DNA from: Octopus sinensis
Lineage: Eukaryota
Assembly: GCF_006345805.1 (NCBI RefSeq)
Contig: NW_021832273.1
Coordinates: forward strand, 99,733-163,732
Reading direction: 5' to 3'
Length of the DNA: 64,000 nucleotides
Below are positions 13,213 through 26,218 of the stretch, piece after piece. The translations under genes were made by a program, and so were the position numbers. Positions within the stretch are counted from its first letter, which is position 1; every line of letters starts with the position of its first letter. Under the pieces are notes generated by a model. That model made no database searches and was not told where the DNA came from. It was given only the letters and a program-made list of their open reading frames with translations.

Positions 13213-13945
13213 CTACTTAATTAGAAGACACTCTGAGTGCTTGACTGGAGTGGTGAAGTAACGTTTGGGGACTTGTACGTTGTTGGCATCAAACAAGCGA
13301 ATAGTGGAAGGATTTTCGGCCAGCCAGGGGTGTTGGAGGGCGAAGGAGAGGTGTTGTGGGTCATGAGTGGACTGTATATATTGCAGTATGCGTGGGGAGG
13401 GAGTGAAGTGTGATGGGGAAGAGGAAGGACACTTGTTGTGAGAGTACAGTCAGGCGGACACATCGACAGTCTGATTACAGTGTCGGCAGTGTTGTGGAGT
13501 TTGACAGTGGTGTGGAATGTGGACATCCCAGAGAACAAAAGGAATCTCGTCTCCTCTGTCTCCATGAGAGTACGGTATGCCCTGATTTCCGTGTCGAGGA
13601 TGTCCTCGAATATTCCCTTCCCACTCCTCACTGATCTGTCAAACATGGCTGTCTCTCATTGTTTGAAGGGAGTTCTCCGCCTCTCTCCTCCCCAATGTCT
13701 CCTTCTCCAACTGATCACGTGTCACACTCAACTGCTTCTCCACAATCTCCAAGTCCCGCTTTAACTTCTTCACATCCTCACACGCCTCTTCCAGGGCTAA
13801 CGACAGGCTCTCCATTTGTGCAGTCTTGTGACCCAACTGACTGCTCAGACTCCCTTCCTCAGTCTGGACACATCGCACTCACTCGCCTCCAGTCTGCAAT
13901 GTCACTCCACCCTCACTTTCCTCGCAGTTCCTCCCTTTCCGCCAT
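13213..13945 (-). pseudogene. Lamin-like sequence with large internal gaps and frameshifts (pseudogene or unresolved micro-intron structure)
   Basis: QLEKETLGRREAENSLQTMRD ~ lamin [39 protein letters not shown] ~ intermediate-filament consensus; VKLHNT and QHPWLAENPSTIRLFD ~ lamin tail domain; ends ECLLIK*. Confidence 0.7.
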
Positions 13946-14060
13946 CAATCGAAAAAAATTTATTTTGTCTGCGGGAAAATTTAGTAAAGAAAATAATCAA
14001 AAGTTAGATGCTAGGGTAGGTAATGAAAAGTAGTCGAGATCCAACTATCTTTTTAGTTAC

Positions 14061-15185
14061 TTACGTTGTCTGTTTATTATTATTATCCGCAACTTCCGTA
14101 GAAACATAATAGTTATATTTCCACACGTGCGGCACTTGAAACGATTTTCCAACCTCCCTGTTGCATGCTAGACTTCTCATTGCGTCCAGATCATCCCCAT
14201 TTTTAAGCTTGCGGTTGATTGATTTGAGGTCAGCATCCAGCACCTCCGGTAGAGTAATGCGCGGGAGTCCCCGAAATTTCTTTCCACTAGCGGCAAAATA
14301 TTTTTCCATTGCAAAGTTTGCGGGTGACATCTGGTCCATCCGTAGGACATGTCCGAACAGTCTCCATCGGGCTTCCATCACATCCAGAATTACAGGTTGC
14401 GCTGAGCATTTACGGTAAAGTGCCCCGTTGTTGATCCGGGTCGGCCATTGTACCCCACATAATATACGCAGTTGTCTTCGGTGGAAGGAGTTAAGGTTTT
14501 TAATTTCGGAAGCAGAGATCCCCCAACAGGAGGAGTTGTATAGCAAGACCGGTTCCACAAATGCATTGTAGAGGCGCAAACAAAGCGCAGTCGTTGCCGG
14601 CCTGTTAGCCACCCAATCCGTTTTCAGCCTGTTCAACGCGGCCGTCGATAGTACTTTCCTCCGGGTAACGTCCTCACTATCTCCGAGGAGTGTGCCCAGT
14701 TTTCTGGAACGTCTCCATTCATCATCTAGTCTTGAACTCGTGCGTGCGACTTCCGTGATTTCCGTTTTGGTTGTGTTCACAGTGAGGAGCCATTTTCCAA
14801 GCTCTGCTGGGGCAACATTAAGTAACCGCCTCAGGGCTGCTGTGTCGTGTGATACAAAATCCACATCGTCAGCGTATACAATTTCGGTGATTTGCCCGTT
14901 ATAGAAGAGCCTGAGACCACGCAGAGCCGCCTCCAGGTATATCACAAAAAGCAAAGGGGAAAGAGAGTCTCCCTGAGGGGTACCCACTGTCGTCGAAAAA
15001 TTTCTGGATGACGTACTGTCAATTCTGTGTTCGACAATAGGACTTCTATCATCCTGACGCAGTCCCCGTCGAGGAATCCCCGCAAAACACTAATAAGTTT
15101 TCCTCGGCGAATTGTGTCGAAGGCTCTTGACATGTCGATCCCTAGAATTGTAATCGCACTCTCGAATCTTTGGCAAGTAGCGCAA
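14061..15185 (-). mobile_element. RTE-like LINE, RT 3' half
   Basis: IDMSRAFDTI, GTPQGDSLSP, VYADD, LYNAFVEPVLLY, WRLFGHVLR. Confidence 0.8.
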
Positions 15186-15830
15186 CGCCTTGAATTGACA
15201 GCACGCAGAATTCCAGCTTTTCTCAGACACACATTAGATTTTCTTTCCAAATCATACAGGAATCGGAACAAGATGCATTCACTTCTGAACACGATTGAAG
15301 TGAGCTCTCTTCCAAGTTTATCTTTTGGTAAATATAGGCTCTCTTTATTTGCAGGCATTGAATGAAGTTTTGTCTCATAAAGAATACGCCGAACATCAAC
15401 ATCAATATCCTCAAACTCATGTGGTTCAATGTTGATTAGTCCAATATAATAATTGTAAAGTGATAGTGCGGATTCGTTAATTGCTTTGAACATATTTACT
15501 GCATTCAGTTTTGTGCTTGCCAAACCCTTAATTCTTTTTTTAACTTCATCGGAAATCTTTTCTAAAATTTCCTGTTTTAGAGTGTTACTCCATTTATCCT
15601 CCAACACTCCAAGGTATCGATAACCTTCAGCTCCATCAAAATATTTTGCTTCCTTTGATAAACATTCAACATTAGTAGCCGACTTTTCAATGTTTTTATT
15701 GAGTCCTGATGATTCAAAAAATAATTAAATATCATGCATCATCTTAATAATCGTGGCCTCTTCCTTGGCAAATATTTTTAGATCATCCATAAAAAGCAAA
15801 TGATTAGTGGCATAGGTAATCATCGATGGA
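15186..15830 (-). mobile_element. R4/Dong-like RT fragment fused to the RTE fragment
   Basis: NHLLFMDDLKIF, YRYLGVLE, AINE, LYLPKDKLGR motifs; clade assignment is by recalled similarity. Confidence 0.6.
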
Positions 15831-15853
15831 CTAGACTGGCTAATATGAACTGT

Positions 15854-16136
15854 TGAATGAATGAAGTTTATTGTAATTAACAGAGAAAGAGAAAGTGACA
15901 GGAATTAAGGACGGTGATAGGACGAGACTGATGCAAAGGCAACTGAACTCTTCTGAGCTTGCGTCCAATTCATCTGTCGTGAGCCAGAGTTAATGGTGAC
16001 TATGTTGCTGAATTGCTCCCTTCTAGCAGGAGCTCTTGCAGCATATCGATATCCACTCCAAGTAGGGTCAGGGCTCCTACACAACAGCGGAAGCATTCCA
16101 GTTGGGAATCTCTGTTGTGTAGGTCCTGATCCGAGT
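15854..16136 (-). mobile_element. 3' fragment of the ORF1-only family B element
   Basis: Nearly identical to 30545-30832, including the ORF1 stop/3'UTR junction and AATAAA-(TTCA)n tail. Confidence 0.9.
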
Positions 16137-16149
16137 CGAATTTTTCCTA

Positions 16150-16299
16150 ATGTCTGGACGTGGTAAAGGTGGCAAAGGAGGAAAGAGTGGTGCAAAACGA
16201 TTTCGAAAGATATTAATTGACAATATACAAGGAATTACTAAGCCAGCAATAAGAAGACTATGTCGAAGAGGGGGTGTTCAAAGAATTTCTGGAAAAATT
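16150..16299 (+). pseudogene. H4: Histone H4 codons 1-50 fused in frame to family A' ORF1
   Basis: Identical except R>Q to the start of H4 at 39004; only ~12 nt of H4-like 5'UTR upstream and no H4 promoter. Confidence 0.92.
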
Positions 16300-19200
16300 C
16301 ATGCAATTACAAGATTGGCTCGAGGAGGACCTCTTCCCAACGAAAAGGTTCCTGATGCGGACGGTTGGCATACCGTGGGGAAACCCAAACGTGTTGCCAG
16401 CCGTCCTTTTAATAGTTTAGGTACTGGGTGTGTGTCTGCGCAGGTAGATGCACACCCAAAGAAGACTGCTCGCGCCGGGGGTAGAATTACCTTCGGCGTG
16501 GTGGCTAGACTAGAAGTCTTTCCCACCAGTGGAAAGGCCTCGGTCATAAAGATCCTGGGGACGCTTGACTCTATACAGCCATCTAGGCGGTATAGAGTCC
16601 TGAAGAGGGAGCCCACCCAATTCCTGCTTGGGTGGGAGAAGAAGGAGGACTTTTTCAGCTTTAAAGGAGAGCTGGAGAAGTCCAGCCCGTTCGGTCCTGG
16701 CATGCATCGGCTTGTCAGGATTGAACGAAAGGTAAGGCAGGTAAGAGTCCTGCTCCTCGGGGTCCCCCGGGACTTCGAGGATAATGACCTTTTAGGACAC
16801 ATACAGCGGGAGTACCCCAGTGCCTCTGCCCTTGCACGCTTCAAGCAGGGTAACCGCCCTCTTGAAGTGGTGGAGGTCATCCTGGGATCTCATGCGGAAG
16901 CCGAGCGCCTAGTACTTCTGGGTACTAGGATCGGCTACGTCAGGCTTCGTGCTGTCCGGCCCCGCCCGAAAGCCACCCAATGCTTTCGGTGTCAGGGGTT
17001 CGGACACATAAGCACGAAGTGTCCGGAGAAGGCGAAATGCCTAATCTGCGGTGGGGAGCATGGTCGCAAGACATGCCCCTCACCATCTATGGTGAGGCAG
17101 TGTGTCAACTGTGGTAAGTTAGGACACACTGCCAACTTCAAGGGTTGTCGTAAGTTCAAGGAGGCAACCCGACAGGTTGGTGGGGATGTAATCCCGAAGG
17201 TAAGTCGCCCCCCTAGCGTCGCGGCCCCCGCGCAACCAACCGGCAAACAGGTAAAGCAGGCCAAACCTCCCAAGTCCGCTTGGGTGGCGAGGCCTGTGAA
17301 GCCTGCAAGCCACCGCACCCCTAGCGTCGCGGCCTCAGCGCCAAAACCTGGCAAACAAGCAAAGCAGGCCAAACCTCCCAAGTCCGCTTGCGTGGCGAAG
17401 CCTGTGATGCCTGCAAGCCACCGCACCCCCAGCGTCGCGGCCCCCGCTCCACAACCTGGCAAACAGGCAAAGCAGGCCAAACCTCCCAAGTCCGCTTGGG
17501 TGGCGAAGCCTGCGAGCCACATTGCTAGCGGGTCGGTACCGCCGTCGCCGACAAAGCTGGCAAAGCGGGTGAAAGCATCCGAGTCAGCTCGGATGCCGGA
17601 AGCCTGCAATGCCCTCCGAGTCGGCTACAGGTGACACCGCCCAGCAAAACCTGGGGCCGAAAAGGCTTCCTCCATACGTGGAGATGCCATTGCACTCACC
17701 CCCTTGCGAGCGTGTGCCGCAGGACAGTGTTAGTCCTGCGGACATCCTGGTGGTCAACGAAACAAAGTTAAAGCAGGATCGGTACGTAGTTGATGGCTAC
17801 AACTGCTGTCACATACCCTGGAAACAGGGGTCAACATGTGGCACTGGAACTAGCCTCTTATACAAGCCGTACCTTGCTCTCCGGAGCTCAGGTTTATGTT
17901 CTTGTAGCCTATGTGAATTCCTCCAAGTGAGGATTCGCATAGGTAATTTAACATTTTACCTAGGGGCGATGTATTCGAAGAACTTTACGGCGTGTTCTTG
18001 GCACGTACGGGAGTTCTTTGGAAAGCATCCGAAGGCGATGGTCGTTGGGGACCTGAATGCCAAGCACCAAGAGCTCGGTTTCAGGGTAACCAACGCGCAT
18101 GGTTTGGCTCTCAAGACGCTGGTTGAAGACCTCGGGTTGGAAATCAGATCTTCAAGCGAGCCAAACCACATCGATTCGCGGGGAGGACAAGACTGGCTAG
18201 GCCTTGCTCTGGTCAGCCCCGGGATGCTAAATTGGGTTAGTAACACAATCTTATTGCCTGATATTGGGAGCGACCATCTGCCTCTATTGCACGAACTCCG
18301 TGAGCCAGTTCCTCAAAGGGCCCCAGGATACTTTGACCTCCGGTCCGGTTCCTGGGCCAACCTGGAGAGGTTCATGGCCAGCAGGTTGCCCTCACTCCTG
18401 GTGGGGAATACCTGCGCCAACATACGAGAGTTGGAGGCGTTAGATAATGGAATCAATGCTGCCCTGTCTGATTATATGCGAGATAATTTCAAACAGAACC
18501 CAGTACAGGGCCAGGCACATTCCACGCTCCCGTACCGGGTGCTAAATAAAATTAGATTCAAGCGCCGGCTGTCCAGACTGCGGGACAAATGCGTCTACCA
18601 GGAGAACCGTGTTTGGTTTCGCGGCTGGATCAGCCGGATTCAGAGGGAGATCCGGAGGGAAATCCGTGAACACGAAAGTTCACGGTGGGAGCGGGCCTGC
18701 CAAAGAGTGGACCCGCGCTTTCCGGACTTCTGGAAACAACTGAAGAGCCTGTCGGGGAGAGGGGAGGCAAAGTCAGTGCGCCTTAAGCGCTCTGATGGAA
18801 CCCTCGTCTCGGACCCGGTTGAGGTGGCTGATATATTTTCAACCCACCTCAACAACATCTCGGGAACTGACGGAAGTCAGTTCGTAGAGACGTCGTCTTT
18901 TGTTACTATCCAGGAGGTATTGTCTTGGGACAAGCGCTGCCAGCTGGACATATCAAGGGTCGATGCAGGCGAAGTTTCCGAAAGGGAGATCCTGGCAGCG
19001 ATCTCCCGAAGTAAGAACACCGCGGCGGGGCTAGATCGGATCCCTATGTCCATCTTCAAAAAGGCCCCGCCGTTGTTGATCACGGCCTTACAGGTTTTGT
19101 TTAGCGGGAGCTTGCGACTTGGGATGATTCCTTCCAGGTGGAAAGTGGCTGAGGTAATCCTCATTGGAAAACCTGGGAAGCCTCATGAAGTCCCCGGGGG

Positions 19201-20400
19201 ATATATGCCCATTTCCTTGCTTCCCGCTATATCTAAAATCCTAGAAAGGATCATGCACCGAAGGCTCCTGGAGGAGCTGACGGTGGTTGACGCCCTCCCG
19301 GAGTTCCAATGGGGCTTCAGGGAGGGTCGTTCATGTGGAGACTGCTTGTGGAAGGTGTCTTCCGAAATGAAGAACGCCCTCCAGAAAAGGGAGTGTGGTA
19401 TGTTAGTTAGTCTTGACATAGAAAAGGCCTTCGACTCGGTGTGGCACGACGGCCTGCGGAGTTCCCTCGCCACGTGTGGGGTTTCTCCGTGTCTAAGGCG
19501 CTGGCTGTCGGGGTTCCTCGAATCTCGCGGTCAGGTCGTGCGACACCAGGGGGTCTTTTCTAAAGTCGCAACAGTCTTTCGCGGGGTCCCTCAGGGTTCT
19601 GTGCTGAGTCCCACACTGTTTAATATCTTTATGGCCTCTGCACCTATGCCAGTCAATGCTCGTACTGGAATGGTGATCTATGCAGACGACATTATCCTCT
19701 GGGATCAGTCGATGAAACCAGAGTGTGCGTGTCGTAGGCTACAGGTTGCTGTGGATGAACTTGTAAACTGGTGTGGGAGTAGGGGTCTAAAGATGTGTGC
19801 GGACAAGTGCAGTGTCCTTAAAGTCTGTAAAAGGACGAGGGGTTACACTAATTTTATCCCTAGGTTATCACTGGACGGGTCAGCGATCGCTGTAGTTGAT
19901 CGGACGATCTACTTGGGCATGGTCTTCAAGCAGTCAGGTAAGTTCGATGATCACATTGCACGTACTAAAATGCGTGCAATGCAGCGATTAGGCGCGTTGC
20001 GTGCTTTCCACTTGAGGAGAGGTGCCTGGTTCCGTGTGTTCAACGCCATGGTGTTACCCGTGTTAACCTATGGCGTGCACGCTTGGCACTTCTGCGAGGA
20101 CAGGGAGAAGTACGTTGACGCGCTTAAGAAAGTAAGAAGACGAGCCATCCGGCTAGCCTATGGCTTAGGATGGCGTGATGAGCTCTCCAACGCCCAGGAA
20201 TTGTCCCTCAAAGGCCTTCCTGAGGTCCTGGAGAAGATAATGACTGGGTGGCAGGTAAGACGGTAAGTCCTAACCTGTGGTTGTGTAGAGAGGCGAGCGT
20301 GTGTGCTGGACCGAAAAGGCAGGAATGCCGAAGGTCTCCTTATGTTACCTCACTAACAGCCTCTCTAACTAATTATTTAAAATGAAAATTTTCCTTCCCA
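16300..20400 (+). mobile_element. Family A' LINE (Jockey/I/R1-group-like): 5'-truncated ORF1 with 3 CCHC-type knuckles, ORF2 APE-RT (ORF 17609-20266)
   Basis: [26 protein letters not shown]; GDLNAKH, SDHLP, QGSVLSP, YADD; 3' end abuts GAACTTGCAAA. Confidence 0.93.
17211..17520 (+). repeat. 108-bp (36-aa) coding tandem repeat, about 3 copies, in A' ORF1
   Basis: Units start at 17211, 17319, 17427: [34 protein letters not shown]. Confidence 0.9.
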
Positions 20401-20411
20401 GAACTTGCAAA

Positions 20412-21886
20412 AACAGAATTGTTGTGAGAATCCAGCTGCATGGTAAAGGAAAATAAAGAAAAAATGGTCAAGAATAAACAAAATCTCGCATCAATCAAAG
20501 CTTGCTCCAAAGTTCAAAAACGAACAGCGGCCAAGCCACAGCCCTTTTGCGAACCTGAATATCCCACCGAACATCCGAACCCTACTGTGGCTCAAAAACA
20601 CAGTGAGACCCAATTCTATCAGACGACAACTGAGGCTAACAGCTCAAACCTCACATATTCTCTGAGTATCGAAAACTCGGCACTTGGAAAGATCAAGAGG
20701 TTTAACCTCCTCTCCAAGTCTCCAACTGCTTCCAAAGCCCGGATAACCTTACAGAAGTCCGGCACCTTCATTCTAAAATTCAGTTCGCCAGAGGATGCTG
20801 CTGCGTTCAAAGCAGAGCTGACTAAATCGAATATGTTTGGCGAAGGCGGCCATAAACTTGCCTCAATAGCTGAGAAGGCCTCAGTCTTGGTCCTTAAAGG
20901 AATCCCTCATTGGATCTCGACAGAGGATCTTAACCTCCACTTGAGAGAAAGTCTAGAATCGGACTTCAAGTTCGAAAGATTCTCTCGCAATGGAACCGAC
21001 ATGCCTATCGGCAGACTCACGCTGGATTCCAGAGCCGAGGCCAGCACCCTCATCCGCTTTGGAATAACTGCGGGCTTCAGCCATATCCGCTGCGAATGGC
21101 ACAAGCCCTCAGCAACGAGATGCTTCCGTTGCAATCAGTTTGGACATACGTCCTACAGATGCTCCGAAAAACTCCGTTGTCTCCTCTGCGGTAAAGAACA
21201 CAGGCACCAAAACTGCCCGAGTTCCAAGCCAAAACCGAATGTCCCAGCTGCAAAAACTTGCATTAATTGCAAGAACACTGGGCACTTGGCGTGCTACGGT
21301 GGATGTCCATCTGCCAAAGCAGCAACAGCAGCCTCAAGGGCTGCGAAGAGCCCACAGACAAAAAGCCCAGTACGCTGGGTGAAAGCCGAACCGATAAAAT
21401 CAGTCTGGACAAAAGCGGCTCCCCGAAGTCCGTCCAAAGTCGATGTCTCTACTCAGACGTCGCCGGCCCCCAGCACACTCACAAACTCGAAGACAACCAC
21501 TAATGAGTGCCATAACTCAGAAGTGGTCCGCTCGGCTGTCCCTCATAAGAGGAGAAAAACCCACCGTGACAAAGCTTTGTCACAAAGAGGTCCCCACTCG
21601 GATCAGGACCTACACAACAGAGATTCCCAACTGGAATGCTTCCGCTGTTGTGTAGGAGCCCTGACCCTACTTGGAGTGGATATGGATATGCTGCAAGAGC
21701 TCCTGCTAGAAGGGAGCAATTCAGCAACATAGCCACCATTAACTCTGGCTCACGACAGATGAATTGGACGCAAGCTCAGAAGAGTTCAGTTGTCTTTGCA
21801 TCAGTCTCGTCCTATCACCGTCCTTAATTCCTGTCACTTTCTCTCTCTCTGTTAATTACAATAAACTTCATTCATTCATTCATTCA
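20412..21886 (+). mobile_element. ORF1-only non-autonomous family B element (intact 430-aa ORF 20440-21732)
   Basis: Gag-like CCHC ORF followed directly by the family B 3'UTR, AATAAA and (TTCA)n; flanked on both sides by GAACTTGCAAA. Confidence 0.93.
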
Positions 21887-21897
21887 GAACTTGCAAA

Positions 21898-23582
21898 TGG
21901 TGTTTCGTGCAAGCTCAGTTCTGCAAGATGAAGTATTTATTGGATACAATACAAATCAAACGAATTGGCCCCTTGTGTCCCTATTCCTGACAACCTCGCT
22001 AGAGTCACTCATACATCGGGCAGCAGTTCACACGACAAAACAAATTGAAAGTCTGGACCAGCTCGTTAGGAATCTCATCAACACTTCTTTGGAGAAGTTT
22101 TCCAGGAAAAAGTTCATTAAACACTCTGGTGGTGGGACTCATGAACTCGACGACACAGTAGTGAGTCTCCTGAAAGAAAAGGCAAGATACCAGAAGAGGC
22201 TACGCAGATGTTTTGACCCAACAGACTGCACACGCCTACGAGCAATGATTTCCTCTCTTAAAAAGAGGATCGACAAAAGGTCTAAAGAAAACATTGACTC
22301 AGCTTGGAGATTGGAATGTTCTAAGCTTAATCGAAGACACCCAAGTTTCTGGAAGGCATATAATCGCCTAAAGGAAACGGAATGCAAAGGAGATGAAATC
22401 AATTTAACCACAGAAAATGGCTATGCCATCAACCGAGACGATGTACCTGACGCTTTACGTCAACAACTGGCGAAAATTCAAGATGTCGACCCGAGCTGTT
22501 TTGTCCCGACAGATATAATGGACGAGAAAAAGAGGGCAATAGCCTCTGCGAAAATGTCCCCTGGTCGACTTTGTCACGCAATCACCCTGGACGAAACCCT
22601 ACTAGCAATTAAAAGATGCAAGGACAACGCCTGTGGAAACTGCTTTGACCAACTGGAAACGCAAATCTCGAGGGCCCTTACACACAAGATGGGGATGACA
22701 GCTGTTTGTCTGGACATTTCAAAGGCGTTCGACAGCGTTTGGCACCTAGGCCTCCTGGAAAGGATCATCAGTATCCATCCGGGGCAAAGGATTGTCAAAT
22801 GGCTAGAGAATTTCTTACACATGCGAAAGTCTTTTATCAGATGTGGTAACCGGACCTCGGATACAATCAATCTAAGGAGGGGAGTGCCTCAAGGGTCGGT
22901 CCTGAGCCCTCTACTTTTCAACTTATACGTTGCCGACATCCCGAAACCAGTAAATTCGGAGTTGGAAAAGGCTGAGGGAATATGTAGCGAGGGTTGAGTC
23001 TTGGGCAATGGAGAAAGCCCTCTCTATAGCACGAGACAAGTCTACCATCACGTGGATTTCTAAAACTCGGAAAGGAAGAGAACCACTTCTGGAGACAATG
23101 GGACTAAGAATCTCTGACGACCTACGCTACCTTGGGGTAACGATCGGGGCTGACGGATCGTTCCTTAAGTTCGTGGAATCTAGAAGAAGGAAATGTTCGG
23201 GGATCCTGAGAAGCCTTATACGCTTCCATCTCTCCCCAGACACCTTTCTCTTCATCTATAAGGCGACTGTAGAACCAGTCCTTATCTATGGACATGAAGG
23301 TTGGTACCCTACAGACGAGAGAAATCGCATAATCACCAAACTGGAGAAAACAAGGCGCTTTGCGATTAAACTGGCGTATAAGCTACGGCTTGATCAGGAT
23401 CTCCCCAGAGAGCTAGACGAACAAACTCAAAACATTCGGCAAGTCCTCTGCTCATTGCAAAGGGCATGAGAAGTGAAAAGGAAAGCAAGGAGGAGGCATT
23501 CGGTGTCTCGATTTTAAATAAAACCTTTTCTAATAACTCTTCTCTTTTGGTTGCTAAGTTAATAAAATCTGTTCGTTCGTTC
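21898..23582 (+). mobile_element. Family D LINE, 5'-truncated ORF2 with internal deletions, (TTCG)n tail
   Basis: CLDISKAFDSVWH, GVPQGSVLSP, RYLGV, KLAYKL; flanked by GAACTTGCAAA. Confidence 0.88.
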
Positions 23583-23593
23583 GAACTTGCAAA

Positions 23594-23881
23594 CTAGCCT
23601 ATATGCTAAATCCATGGGAGCCTGTCCCAAGCTGGGCGGAGAGCAAGTCTCCAGAGCTACGGCAGGCCATCGAGGCTTCTATCCGAACTTTTCGGAAACG
23701 CTCTAAAGTGGCTGACCTATTCATCGATCGTGGAGAATAGCAGGTGTCCCTGCTCATAGACAGACAAAGCGGACGAACCATGGAAGAGCTCGAATGCCCA
23801 AAGCAATCGTCTCGTCAAAATTATTTTCCGCACTAAGTTTCTGTCTCGTTTCTTCTTTCTTACAATAAAATTCTTCATTCA
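23594..23881 (+). mobile_element. Family E LINE 3' fragment
   Basis: Translates LAYMLNPWEPVPSWAE...SIRTFRKRSKVADLFIDR*, homologous to the B and C C-termini; AATAAA-TTCATTC tail; flanked by GAACTTGCAAA. Confidence 0.85.
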
Positions 23882-23892
23882 GAACTTGCAAA

Positions 23893-24154
23893 GATGTTCT
23901 ACTGGAGTGCTTCCGCGATTATGTAGGAGCCCTGAAGATATCTGGAGTGGATATGAATATGCTGCAAGAGCTCCTGCTAGAAGGAAGCAATTTAGCTACA
24001 TAGCCACTATTAACTCTGGCTCATGACAGATGAATTGGACGCAAGCTCAGAAGAGTTCAGTTGCCTTGGCATCAGTCTCGTCCTATCACCGTCCTTAATT
24101 CCTGTCACTTTCCCCCTTTCTCTGTTATTACAATAAAATTGATTGATTGATTGA
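23893..24154 (+). mobile_element. 3' fragment of an ORF1-only family B variant with (TTGA)n tail
   Basis: Same ORF1-stop/3'UTR junction; flanked by GAACTTGCAAA. Confidence 0.88.
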
Positions 24155-24165
24155 GAACTTGCAAA

Positions 24166-26218
24166 GAGCTAGACGAACAAACTCAAAACATTCGGCAAGT
24201 CCTCTGCTCATTGCAAAGGGCATGAGAAGTGAAAAGGAAAGCAAGGAGGAGGCTTTCGGTGTCTCGATTTTAATAAAACCTTTTCATATAACTAGGGCAA
24301 CCAGAAATATGACCTTAAAAAAGTTAAATATGACCGTAAAATATATGACTTTATGACTTTAAAATTCTAAAATATAACTTAAAAATATTAAAATATGACC
24401 TAAAAAATCAAAATATGACCTATCGAATTTTGATTTTTAGATATTCTGAATTCGAAAATATGAAAAAATTAAACATTTCAATCAATGAATTTATTATAAT
24501 ATTGCATCATATAATATTTAATATTTTCTGGCTTGAAGTTTCTATCCTTTTCGAGCAATTTATTCAGCATAGAAAAGCTTCTTTCTGCAGATATTGATGT
24601 TGAAGGACATTTCCATAAGTAAATAAATGTTTCTTGAGAAATACTAGAAATTCTAGCATTTTTAATATTCGTCCATGGTAATCGTCCATTCTAGTATTAC
24701 TTATCCGCTTTAAAAAATACTTGTTGATGTCACAATTATCCTCACCAAAATTAACGGAATCAATGAATTCAATTGCATCTTTAATTGTATAAAATTTTTT
24801 TTGGCATTTTCTGATTTCATCAATAATAGGGTTGTATGAAGCCATTAACTCTGCCAGATTTTTCTCCAAATTTTCAGAGCTAACAGCATTTTTCGCATTC
24901 ATCACAATCTTTCCACAATTTGGATAGGATAAGACAATTTCGCGAACTCTTGAAAGATGTCGACTATAATATTTTGCTGCGTCCAACCAGCTGCCCCATC
25001 TTGTTAGAACAACATCAGGTGGAAGTCTAATAACTGTAAAAAGATTCCTCCGGGAGGGATTTTTTACAATCGACATTTTGATAGACGAGATTAAGTCGTC
25101 AATATATTTATAGTGTGCTCTAATCTTTAATGCACAATTGTGCAGAAGATGAGCAAAACAAGTTATATGAATCATTTTAATATATACATAACCTTCAATG
25201 TACTCGCTGCTAAAGTCATATAACGGGCAGCATCAGAAATAAATAATAAAAAATTTTCCCTTTTTATATCATAAATTCGAATTGTGTCATCCACAATTCT
25301 ACAAATTGCAGATGCATCACAAATTTCAATTTCCAAACAATTTAATAAATAAATTTTTCAGGACTTTCAATAGTCCCACAAAGAACGTTAACAAATTTCT
25401 GTTTATTGATTTCCGTTTCATCAACAAGTATGAATATATCTTTTCCAGAAATAATTGTTTTAAGCATTTCAATCAATTGATATTGCAAATCTGGAACTAT
25501 ATTTCTGCACCAACTTTCGCTGGGAACAGTAAATCCGAGATTATTAAAAAAATTAATAAATTGTGCATTTCTTATTTTGTAAAGAGGTATATTCGCCTTC
25601 GTCATCATTTCGACTAAGCAAATTCCGAAATTTTTCTTTGCTTCAAGTTTCGGAAGAGTGTTGAGTTGCGTTTGAAATTTTGTCTGTTCCTTTTTATGCC
25701 GGGTAGTTTCCCTGTGCTGCACCACATTAAACGTTTTCGTAAAATTAACAAAAACTGAGCATTTCAAACAAAATAAACGTCCAGCTGAATCAATCTGAAA
25801 TTCAGACGGGTATCGTTTAATTATTTTATTTAACTTTTGATTGTTAGATTGCTTTTGTTTCGGCATGTAAAAATCTATAATATTTAAGCGGCCAACTACC
25901 AAAACGTGTGAAAACGTGTTATTGTCAAAATTTAAACAAAGATTAATAAAAATATATGATTTAATAAATATAAATATGACCTAACAAAAAAAATATGACC
26001 TAAAAAAATAATATGACCTAACGGCATAAAATATGACCTATAAGACCTAAAAAAATTAATAAAACTATTAAAAAATATAATAATAGTTTATTAATTATAG
26101 AAATAACATCAATATGATCAATAAAAAATAATATGACTTATATGACTTTTGGTTGCCCTACATATAACCCTTCTCTTTCGGTTGCTAAGTCAATAAAATC
26201 TGTTCATTCATTCATTCA
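24166..26218 (+). mobile_element. Family D 3' fragment interrupted by a hAT transposon, (TTCA)n tail
   Basis: 24166-24292 plus 26161-26218 reconstruct the 3'UTR seen intact at ~23408-23582. Confidence 0.88.
24293..26160 (-). mobile_element. hAT DNA transposon (second family), frameshifted transposase
   Basis: TIRs TAGGGCAACCA; 8-bp TSD CATATAAC; subterminal AATATGACC repeats; LFCLKC, ANIPLYKIR, DET, HITCFAHLLH, TRWGSWL. Confidence 0.92.

Noticed and set aside
23593-23602. ACTAGCCT identical to the H3 start region
   Set aside because: It is the LAY codons of family E ORF2, not histone sequence
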